From Vicinamibacteria bacterium (lineage in GTDB: Bacteria > Acidobacteriota > Vicinamibacteria > Fen-336 > JAGNNV01), in contig JBDTQB010000001.1 in assembly GCA_039932395.1 (NCBI GenBank), positions 1-59,439 on the forward strand: a DNA stretch of 59,439 nt, in the 5' to 3' direction. Of the stretch, positions 8,685 through 17,000 are shown piece after piece (position 1 is the first letter of the stretch; every line of letters begins with the position of its first letter). The notes beneath the pieces are model-generated. The model was not told the DNA's origin. It saw only the letters and a list, made by a program, of their open reading frames with translations, and did not search any database. The translations under genes were made by a program, and so were the position numbers.

Positions 8685-8915
8685 CTACTCGACTCCGTCT
8701 CGCCATTCTCGGATCATGTCGGCGCTATCCGGAAGTTCTCCGTTGCGCTGGAAGATACGTTCTCGGCGCGCCGCCATGCGCTCCATCAACGAATCTCTTT
8801 TGACTGCGACGGTGGACGCCGAGCCCTTGGCGAGTTGCTCGATGTGGGACTCGATCTCGCGCTGCTGCTGAGGCGTGAGGGACTTGATTCGTTCGATGAG
8901 TTCAGTGGTGCTCAT
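8685..8915 (-). CDS. Antitoxin-like small protein (module 3; addiction-module-component-like)
   Basis: 76 aa, MSTTELIERIKSLTPQQQREIESHIEQL.., with an AGGAG SD (caggagtccatATG). It sits directly upstream of the PIN stub in the usual antitoxin-toxin order. Confidence 0.6.
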   Translation of the reverse strand: MSTTELIERIKSLTPQQQREIESHIEQLAKGSASTVAVKRDSLMERMAARRERIFQRNGELPDSADMIREWRDGVE

Positions 8916-8993
8916 ATGGACTCCTGATAGCGCCCGATGGTACTAGTCAAGCGCCTTCAACAAGGAAGGCCGAATCCGTCGCGTCGCTCTTCC

Positions 8994-9019
8994 TTGAAAT
9001 CTCCACCCCAAACCCCTCC
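8994..9019. repeat. 26-bp C-rich direct repeat, copy 2
   Basis: See 8045-8070. The two copies bracket exactly the two decayed TA modules. Confidence 0.85.
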
Positions 9020-9341
9020 AGGTTTCACCTACTGAGTTCAATGTCGACTTCACCGCGAACGCCCTGATATTGCCTGTCGTGCGGATCAGGCGAGTGGTTA
9101 CGGGTTTCGTGTCGGACGCTCAATGCGTCTCAAATCCCGTCGAGTGGGCCATGCGCGATTCCACCGGGCGGAGCCATGGCAGACTACTCTGACAAAGCGG
9201 ACGATAGGTTCGAGACTTTTGGCGACGGCCTTACGATCGCAGGATGGATTCCCGCCAATGCGTTGGGCTCGAAGACGGGGGGCGGCGGCACCGACGGCAG
9301 CGTATCGAGATGGGCAAGTACACCGGAGCGGATCACGGAGC

Positions 9342-9674
9342 ATGAAACAAATCTGGGGAACAAATGCGCCATCCGATGGAACGCGCGCCAGGCGGACGCG
9401 TTACTGGGGTGAATTGGCGAGCTGGTATCCGGCGCTATCGTACGCCGCTGGGGTTGCGCCGGTGGCAAGCTTTAGTGCGCCAGATGCTCAGCTGTCTGCT
9501 GAGATGTTTGGCCTCCCCGTCCTCGGACGCAACATCGACTTCAGTTTGATCGGCGGGACTTCGGACTTCAGCGTCAGCGAGGGCTTTTTTTCCTCGCATT
9601 CGTACCTGAACGCCCGCAAGTTCTCGACGGTCTGGAAGGGCTTCCGGGCGATGCAACAGTTGTTCTCCTACTAG
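9342..9674 (+). CDS. Hypothetical protein (orphan), possibly co-transcribed with the HEAT-repeat membrane protein
   Basis: The ATG is preceded by GGAGC. The 3' half has G/C-rich third positions (FGLPVLGRNIDFSLIGGTSDFSVSEGFF..). Its stop lies 1 nt before the GTG of the next gene. I recognise no family. Confidence 0.3.
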   Translation: MKQIWGTNAPSDGTRARRTRYWGELASWYPALSYAAGVAPVASFSAPDAQLSAEMFGLPVLGRNIDFSLIGGTSDFSVSEGFFSSHSYLNARKFSTVWKGFRAMQQLFSY

Positions 9675-9675
9675 G

Positions 9676-11100
9676 GTGGGGCCTGCGGGTTTCTTCGTTG
9701 CTGCGGTGCTGGCGGCAGGGCCAGTTGAGGAGGCAGTAACGCGCCTTCGCGAGCCGCCCATGAGAGAGGCGGCGATGGCGGATCTTGTGCGAATGGGCCC
9801 GCCCATTGCCCTTGACCTTGTGAAGGCAGCCCAAGGAGCCTTGTTGCCCGTACAAGCAGCGATCGTGGACGTTCTTGTTCAGATTGGGCCGGCGGGACTG
9901 CCGGAGCTTTCTCGGTGCTCAGTTCCAATGTTTCGAGATGAATTCTCGGAGTGCGATTTCGCGGTTCGAGCGGTGCAGCGAATGGGGGACGAGGCTTTGA
10001 CTGTTTTGGAGGCGTGGGCGCCGGAGCCAAGCTCTGCGCGGGCCTCTTTTGCCTTGCACTGCCTTCGCTCGTTTGGGCCGAAGCGCTCGCTTTCTGTATT
10101 GGAGCGGCTAACACGGCATCCGGACGAGAGGGTACGGCGGGACGCCTTCGGCATCATCGCTTCCTGGAACGATCCGATGATTGGTGACGTATTGGTGAAA
10201 GGGTTAGAGGACAGGGATGGGCCTATTGTGTCGAAGGCCCTGACGGGATTGAGAAAGATTCGCGACAGGCGCCTGATTCCCGTGGCGCTAACACTCGCCG
10301 CCGATGATCGAAATGGAGGTCTTCAAGAGGACGCTGTAGCGGGTCTTGGAGTGTTTTTCGGTCGTGAGTTACTCCAACCTATCCTAAGAGTTGCCAGACA
10401 AGCTCCTGATGTTGGCGCTCGGCGGACGGGGGTGAGCACACTTGTTTGGGTGAAGGATTCAATCGCGAATCGACTGGGCCAGCGTTATGACGTGATCACA
10501 GTCGACCCCGGCGCTCAGCCCGGAATATGGATGCGGCATATGGTGCAGTTGGGCGGAACGGCGCTGTTCGTGTTTGTGTGCCTTCGGCTCGCGGCCTTGA
10601 TTCCGCTGGGAGTGTTAGTAAGCGGTTGCGTGCTTACCTCGGCCGGGTACTTTTGGGGGAACGTGATCACAAAGATCAACGGATCGGTGGAGCGCGAATT
10701 GTTGTTGTTGATGATTCCATGCGTGTGGCTCGTTGCGCGGATTCTTGGGGTGAAGTTATTGGGCCTAGCCGACCTCGCGATGCCGTTTGTCCTGGCAATG
10801 GGTGGCGGCTTGGTTGCATCCATTTGCGTGTTCGCGCTCGGGCAATTCAGAGCGATCAATGCCGTATTGTTATCGCAGTATGGCTGGGTTCTGGTCTATA
10901 CGGGATTGCTGTTCGGTGCGGCCATAGGATTCAGGCGATTTCTGTTTCGGCAAGAGGCGAAGAAGGTTGTGGCCCTGGAGCACAACGTGAAGTTCACACG
11001 CCTCGCAACTGTTGGCTGTGTAGCTTTTTACGCGGGCTATGTCTTCGGCTGGTGGAGGCTGTGGGACTACTCGTCGGACGCATTCCGGTGCCTGCTGTGA
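9676..11100 (+). CDS. HEAT-repeat domain protein with a C-terminal polytopic membrane domain
   Basis: The N-terminal half has HEAT-like units (LTRHPDERVRRDAFGIIAS, LEDRDGPIVSKALTGLRKIRDRRLIPVAL, DDRNGGLQEDAVAGLG). The C-terminal roughly 190 aa form about 6 hydrophobic helices. GTG start. Confidence 0.6.
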   Translation: MGPAGFFVAAVLAAGPVEEAVTRLREPPMREAAMADLVRMGPPIALDLVKAAQGALLPVQAAIVDVLVQIGPAGLPELSRCSVPMFRDEFSECDFAVRAVQRMGDEALTVLEAWAPEPSSARASFALHCLRSFGPKRSLSVLERLTRHPDERVRRDAFGIIASWNDPMIGDVLVKGLEDRDGPIVSKALTGLRKIRDRRLIPVALTLAADDRNGGLQEDAVAGLGVFFGRELLQPILRVARQAPDVGARRTGVSTLVWVKDSIANRLGQRYDVITVDPGAQPGIWMRHMVQLGGTALFVFVCLRLAALIPLGVLVSGCVLTSAGYFWGNVITKINGSVERELLLLMIPCVWLVARILGVKLLGLADLAMPFVLAMGGGLVASICVFALGQFRAINAVLLSQYGWVLVYTGLLFGAAIGFRRFLFRQEAKKVVALEHNVKFTRLATVGCVAFYAGYVFGWWRLWDYSSDAFRCLL

Positions 11101-11144
11101 CGCGACCAGCGACTCGGCCCGCAGCGCGTTTGTCCCGGTCCGGT

Positions 11145-11200
11145 CCCTATCAGTCTGGACCTACGCCGGGCCGCGCTGGATGAGGCGGATGGCGTCGAGC
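11145..11200. repeat. Right copy of the direct repeat; it forms the functional 3' end of rapA
   Basis: Contains the rapA stop (TAG, 11161-11163) and the last 13 codons (..LDAIRLIQRGPA). Confidence 0.9.
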
Positions 11201-13914
11201 CGCAGTCGCGCGGCGGAGAGATGTTCGTCGAGCGCCGTCTTCTGCTCGATCAGCAGGTCAACCTCTTCGGGCCGAACGCTGCGATTGACCTTCTGAAGAT
11301 CGCGCAGACGCTGGATCTCCTGATCGAGTTGGTCCGCCATGGTCTTCCTGGCCTGGAGGACCAGCGGCGGCACGCGGCGATCGGCGATCGACTGGGCCTT
11401 GGCGATCAGCGAGGGCAGAAGCTCTTCACGGACTTCCGGCCGCTGCAGGATGGACGTATCGCCGCGTCGCAGCAACGGCGTCATCATCGCGGTGGTGATC
11501 GCTGTACTCGCATCTCCACCCCGATGATCGAGCATGACGCGGATCGGCGTGGGCGGCAGGAAGCGATCGATATGAAGGTGAAGCGGGGCCACGCATTCCA
11601 GAACGTAGACCGCTTCCACGTACAGCGCGGAGGTCCTGCTGTCGGGCCATTTGGCGAAACTGCTGTTGCCATTCTGAGAGCCCAGGACGAGGTCAATCGC
11701 GTTCGTCACAAGCGGATGATCCCAGGTCAGAAACTGAAGATCCTCACGTGACAAGGCTTTCGTGCGATCGGCCGTCACGGTAAGTCCGTCCGCGGGAAGG
11801 CCGGGGAAGGTGTCCGCGAGAACGCCGGCCGAACCTAGCTGGTAGGTCCGCGGCGCGATTTCCTCCACCTGGATGGTGAAGTGATCGAACGCCGCGATCA
11901 TGAAAGCGTCGAGCGACTGATCCTGATCGCGATCCTTGATGTCCTCAACCAAGTGCGCCGCGACTTCGGGGCGGAAGGAGTTCAGCTCAAGCAAGCGATC
12001 GCGCCCGGTTTCCAGGCGACTGCGCAACGCCTCACCCGCGGAACGCGTTTCGGAGATCAACGTCTCGATGGCCGCGCGCGCGTCGGCATCCGAATCGGGG
12101 AAGGCGCGCGCCAGATCTCGCACGCGATCGCCAAACAGGTCGAGCAGCTCATTGCCGCTGTTGAGATTCTTCTCGAACGAGTTGAGGCCCTCGTTGAACC
12201 AGCGCGCCAGAACCTCCTGCGGACTTCCCGGCACGAAGGGAACGTGGACGTGAATCTCAGAAGTCTGCCCGATGCGATCAAGCCGGCCGATGCGCTGTTC
12301 GATCAGTTCGGGATCGAGCGGCAGATCGAACATCACCAGGTGATGGGAGAACTGGAAGTTCCGGCCCTCGCTGCCGATCTCCGAGCAAATCAGCAGACGC
12401 GCCCCACCCTCTTCCGCGAAGTAGGCCGCTTGTCGATCGCGTTGGACCAGCGTTAGCCCTTCATGAAACATCCCCATCCTGATCTTGATGAGATCGCGCA
12501 TCGCCGCTTCGATCGCTTCCACCTTCTCGCGCGTGCGGCAGATCAGCAGCACTTTCGACTTCTTGTGGGAACGCAGCAGGCTGATCAGCCAGGGAATCCG
12601 CGGGTCGGCGGTGAAGTCCGGCTCGAAGATCGATTCCTTCACCGGCTTGATGTCCGACTCGAATTCGTCGCGCACCCGTTCGAGCAGCGTGCCTTTGTCG
12701 CCTTCAAATGTGAGGGGAACAAGATGAGCGACGCGATTCGGAAATCCCGTGATGGTGGCGCGTGTGTTGCGGAACATCACGCGGCCGGTGCCGTGCTGAT
12801 CCAGCAGGTCGGCGAGCGCTTTGCGATCGGTCAGCGCGGCCGCTTGCTTCGCGACCTCGCGGTACGCCTCCGTCTCTCGCGCGAACTCGGCCAGATCGTG
12901 GAAACGCGCGGGGTCGAGCAGGCGCAGACGCGCGAAGTGGCTGGCGATACCGAGTTGCTCGGGTGTCGCGGTGAGAAGCAGCAAACCGGGAGAGGATTTG
13001 CTGAGCGCCTCGACCACCGTGTATTCCGGGCTGGCCTTCTCGGGCGTCCAGCCGAGATGATGCGCTTCATCCACCACGACCACATCCCAGCCAGCATCTA
13101 CGGCCTGTTTAACGCGGTGGGGGCGCTGAGTGAACAGGTTGATGCTGGCGAGCACCAGCTGATCTTCGAGGAAGGGATTGGCGCCGGGATTGGCCGCTTC
13201 AATCGACGCGCAGCGCTTCTCGTTGTAGATGCGGAACCAATGATTGAAGCGACGCAGCATCTCCACCAGCCACTGATGAACCAGCGAGCCCGGAACGAGC
13301 AGCAGAACACGATGGGCGCGGCCGGTCATCAGGAGACGGTGAACCACGAGACAGGCCTCGATGGTCTTGCCCAGGCCCACTTCATCGGCAAGCAGGACGC
13401 GGGGGACCAGTCGGCTCGATGTCTCCGACGCGATGTAGAGCTGGTGTGGAATCAGGTCGATCCGGCCACCCACGAAACCACGGACCCGGGATCGACGCTG
13501 CCGATACTGAAGATCCAGCGCGGCAACTCGCAGATCAAAGACATCCGGCGCGTCCGTCTGTCCGACCAGGAGACGCTCCTCGGGCTTGTTGAAACTGATC
13601 GCGTCGCTCAGGTCGCGCTCGCTGATCTCGACGACCGCGCCGTCACGAGAGCCTTGGTAGTGGAAGAGACCTTCCCGCTCGACCACTGCGGTGATGCGCA
13701 GCGACGCGTTCGCGCGATCTTTGATGGTGTCGCCTGCGTGAAAGCGCACGCGTCGCAGAGGCGCGTTGTCACGAGCGTACTCTCGGGTCTCTCCGCTCGC
13801 GGGGAAAATCAGCTTCACCCGCTGCGGGTCAGCGCTCTGGATGGAGCCGAGCCCGAGTTCTGGTTCGGAGTCGCTGATCCAGCGCTGGCCGGGATGAAAG
13901 AGAGAGTCGGCCAA
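11161..13914 (-). CDS. rapA: RNA polymerase-associated SNF2-family ATPase RapA (HepA)
   Basis: Collinear by eye with E. coli RapA: GQRWISDSEPELGLGS, LIPHQL, VLLADEVGLGKTIEA, QWLVEMLRRFN, VVVDEAHHL, LLLTATPEQLG, HFARLRLLDP, LLCSEIGSEGRNFQF, QRIGRLDRIGQ, FLPPTPIRV. Confidence 0.95.
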   Translation of the reverse strand: MADSLFHPGQRWISDSEPELGLGSIQSADPQRVKLIFPASGETREYARDNAPLRRVRFHAGDTIKDRANASLRITAVVEREGLFHYQGSRDGAVVEISERDLSDAISFNKPEERLLVGQTDAPDVFDLRVAALDLQYRQRRSRVRGFVGGRIDLIPHQLYIASETSSRLVPRVLLADEVGLGKTIEACLVVHRLLMTGRAHRVLLLVPGSLVHQWLVEMLRRFNHWFRIYNEKRCASIEAANPGANPFLEDQLVLASINLFTQRPHRVKQAVDAGWDVVVVDEAHHLGWTPEKASPEYTVVEALSKSSPGLLLLTATPEQLGIASHFARLRLLDPARFHDLAEFARETEAYREVAKQAAALTDRKALADLLDQHGTGRVMFRNTRATITGFPNRVAHLVPLTFEGDKGTLLERVRDEFESDIKPVKESIFEPDFTADPRIPWLISLLRSHKKSKVLLICRTREKVEAIEAAMRDLIKIRMGMFHEGLTLVQRDRQAAYFAEEGGARLLICSEIGSEGRNFQFSHHLVMFDLPLDPELIEQRIGRLDRIGQTSEIHVHVPFVPGSPQEVLARWFNEGLNSFEKNLNSGNELLDLFGDRVRDLARAFPDSDADARAAIETLISETRSAGEALRSRLETGRDRLLELNSFRPEVAAHLVEDIKDRDQDQSLDAFMIAAFDHFTIQVEEIAPRTYQLGSAGVLADTFPGLPADGLTVTADRTKALSREDLQFLTWDHPLVTNAIDLVLGSQNGNSSFAKWPDSRTSALYVEAVYVLECVAPLHLHIDRFLPPTPIRVMLDHRGGDASTAITTAMMTPLLRRGDTSILQRPEVREELLPSLIAKAQSIADRRVPPLVLQARKTMADQLDQEIQRLRDLQKVNRSVRPEEVDLLIEQKTALDEHLSAARLRLDAIRLIQRGPA

Positions 13915-14011
13915 GGGGGCGAAGACTAACCGGACTTCGCGCCGAGACTCTAAGTTTTGGAGCGTTTGGGCCTGAGGCGTCGTAGGAACCGAGTACGCTC
14001 CGCCCTCCCCG

Positions 14012-17000
14012 ATGCTTCAGATCACCGACCGTCTCATCCTTTCCCCCACCGACCTGGTCGGGTTCCTGGCCTGCGGTCATCGCACCCGGTTGGAATGGGA
14101 GGCGGCCCAAGGTCTTCGGACCCAGGCGTTTGATGGCGATCCTGTGCTCGACCTGGTTTCACGCAAGGGCGCCGAGCACGAGAAGCACTATCTGGCCGAG
14201 TTGCGAGCCAGCGGGCTGTTGGTGGTTGATCTGAGCAATCTCGGCAACAAGTCGGTCGCTGAATCCGAAGCAGCGGAGGCGGCCACCGTCACGGCGATGC
14301 GCGATGGAGTCGATATCGTCTACCAGGGCGTTTTCTTCGATGGCCGCTGGCGCGGTCGCCCTGACTTTCTCCGAAAGCTTCCGATCCCTTCGGCGCTCGG
14401 CGACTGGAACTACGAGGCCATCGACACCAAGCTTGCGCGCGATGTGAAGGCGGGCGCGATTGTCCAGCTGGTCCTCTATTCGATGCGACTCGGCGAGTTG
14501 CAAGGGCGCGTTCCGGATCACATGCACGTGATCACCGGAGCCAACGAGCCGCGTGCTTTCCGTGTCGATGACTACGCCGCCTATGTCCGTACCGTCCGCG
14601 AGCGATTCGAAGCGCAGATCAGTGAGCCCGATCCGCTTGCGAACTCTTATCCCCACCCGGTCGAACATTGCCGCGTGTGCAACTGGGTGGCGGTTTGTGG
14701 AGAGCGTCGGCGAACCGACGACCACACCTCTCTGGTCGCGGGCATGACGCGCACCGTCACCCGAAAGCTGGTCGACGCGAAGCTCACGACCACGGCGGCG
14801 CTTGGCGCGGCTTCCGCTGATCTTGCGATCGCCGACCTGGCGCAGCCGACCTTCGATCGGCTCCGCGCGCAGGCATCGCTCCAGCTCCAACAGCGCGTCG
14901 ACGGCGTCGTTCGGTTTGAGTTGATAGATCAGGCCGAGGTGGAGACTCTCGCCACGGTTCTGACCGCTGAGAAGACGAAGAGTCCGATGGGGCTGGCCGT
15001 TCTTCCGCTGCCGACCGAAGACGATCTTTTCTTCGACATCGAAGCCGACCCGTGGGCGGGGGAAGCGGGGGAAGGCATCGAGTATCTCTTTGGTCTTGCG
15101 AGTCGCCGCGGCGGCGAAGTGCGCTACGAGGCGCTCTGGGCGCACTCGGCCGAGCAGGAGAAAGCGCTGCTCGAAGCCTTCATCGATCGATGTGTCGCCG
15201 CGCGCAAGGCGAACCCCGGATTTCACGTCTACCACTACGGCGCCTATGAGAACTCCGCGCTCAAGCGCCTGGTGAATCGCTATGGCACGAGAGACCTCGA
15301 CCTCGCCTGGCTCAATCGCGCCGAGGTCTTCGTCGATCTGTACGGCGTGGTGCGGCAGGGGATTCGGATTTCCCAGGATTCCTATTCGCTCAAGAAGATC
15401 GAGGCGCTCTACATGCCTCATCGCGAAGGCCCGATTACCAAGGGCGGCTTCAGCGTGGTCGAGTACGAGCAATGGCTGGACGATCAGGATCAGGCGCATC
15501 TTGATTCACTCGCCGCCTACAATCAGGATGACTGCGTTTCAACGCTGTTGCTGCGCGACTGGCTTGAAGCGAGACGAAGTGAGGCGGAACGCCGTGCCGG
15601 TGATCCGATGCCAAGGCCCGAGCTCAAAGAGGGCGATGCGCCGGAAGCGACCGCTGCTGAGATCGCAGCGAGTCAAGTGCGTTTCGACAAGCTACGAGCG
15701 GGCCTGTCCGCGGACGAGACGCTTCGGGACGCGGCCGCGAATGCACGCTGGCGGTTGTCGCTCCTTCTCGACTTTCATCGGCGCGAGGCTCTTCCCGAAT
15801 GGTGGCGTCACTTCGATCTGAAGAAGAAGTCGTCGATCGAACTTGTGGCGGAGACAGACGCGATCGGCGAACTCACATTTGAACGCACCGTCGGCACAGT
15901 GAAGAGTTCGAACATCTTCAGATACCGGTTTGATCCCGATCAGGATCAGAAGTTCGAAGCGGGGAAGAAAGTGCTTGATCCCGCGACCGGCGACGAGGCG
16001 GGATCTATTCATGCGATCGACCCGGGAGAAGGCAGCATCGATCTCAAACGTGGCAAGGCGAGTGCCGCACCTCACCCGCGCGCGTTGATTCCCGCTAAGC
16101 CCATGGGCACGGCACCGCTTGAGAAGGCGCTCGCCCGCCTGGCTGACGACGTTATCGAACGGGGCATGGAGGTCGACCACGGCTCGTGGCTCGCGGCGCG
16201 CCGTCTGCTGCTTCACGAGACGCCCCGAATTGAAGGGCACGCGCGGGGAGCCGCCATTCGACGCGATGGAGAAACATTCGCGGATGCCGCCGTTCGATCG
16301 ATCATCGGCCTGCGTGATTCGTACCTTCCGATTCAGGGACCGCCCGGCACCGGAAAGACGTGGACTGCAGCGAAGGCCGTGCTTGCGCTCTTTCAGGCGG
16401 GGAAATGTGTGGGTTTGACCGGACCGTCCCACAAGGTCATCGGCAATCTCATCAAGGCTGTGCTTGATGAGGCCTCGCGCACCGGGACCACGCTGACGAT
16501 CGTCCAACGCGCTGACGAAGGCGAAGAAGTACTGGACCCAAGCGTGGAGCGCGCCAAAAACACCGCCGGCGTTGCGTCAGCTCTGTCGGCGGGCACACGA
16601 ATCACCGCAGGCACTGCCTGGCTTTATGCATCTGATGCTCTGGCCAATTCCCACGATGTCCTCTTCATTGACGAAGCCGGCCAGTTCTCGCTCGCGAACG
16701 CGTGCGCCGCGTCGGGCGCGGCTTCGTCGATGGTCTTGATTGGAGACCCGAACCAACTTCCGCAAGTCACCAAAGGAAGTCATCCCGAAGGCGCGGGGCT
16801 TTCAGCGCTTGGTCACGTCCTGGGCGACGCGCCCACGCTCGGCGTCGAGCAGGGTGTCTTTCTGGGCCGAACGCATCGCTTGCATCCTGATCTGTGCGCT
16901 TTGATCTCGGATTCGTTCTATGAGGGGAAGCTCGATTCGGATCCGAAGACGGCCCTTGTGCGGATCAATGGAAGCGGGACGCTCAGCGGGACGGGACTGC

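Larger units (their letters stand above)
7191..11200. mobile_element. Putative decayed integrative islet inserted at the 3' end of rapA. Cargo is TA modules plus a HEAT-repeat membrane protein; no integrase is seen.
   Basis: Bracketed by direct repeats derived from the rapA terminus. The content is entirely accessory-type. It separates otherwise convergent core genes (aldose epimerase and rapA). Confidence 0.5.

Noticed and set aside
8251-8706. Long 151-aa form of the module-2 antitoxin ORF, and the 122-aa form 7743..8111
   Set aside because: The upstream extensions overlap the PIN stubs in another frame and look non-coding. Internal ATGs at 8469 (with AGGAGG) and 8045 give compact antitoxins in the usual TA geometry.
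8916-9341. Possible integrase remnant, tRNA or ncRNA in the ORF-poor stretch of the islet, including a cctgat-N16-atcagg hairpin at 9063-9090
   Set aside because: None of the six frames shows recombinase-like motifs and I see no tRNA-like T-arm or cloverleaf. The hairpin has only a 6-bp stem and a large loop. The region is left unassigned.
9676-11100. Claim of a clear GC-content drop marking the islet as foreign
   Set aside because: Spot counts of 60-nt lines by eye overlapped with values from core genes such as carB. I cannot support a compositional shift without a proper sliding-window calculation.
12463-13929. 488-aa plus-strand ORF, plus 11221..11751 and 11881..12456
   Set aside because: They are antisense to rapA, which aligns along its whole length with E. 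coli RapA.
14159-15499. 446-aa minus-strand ORF, plus 15692..16507
   Set aside because: They are antisense to the nuclease-helicase fusion and show no motifs.
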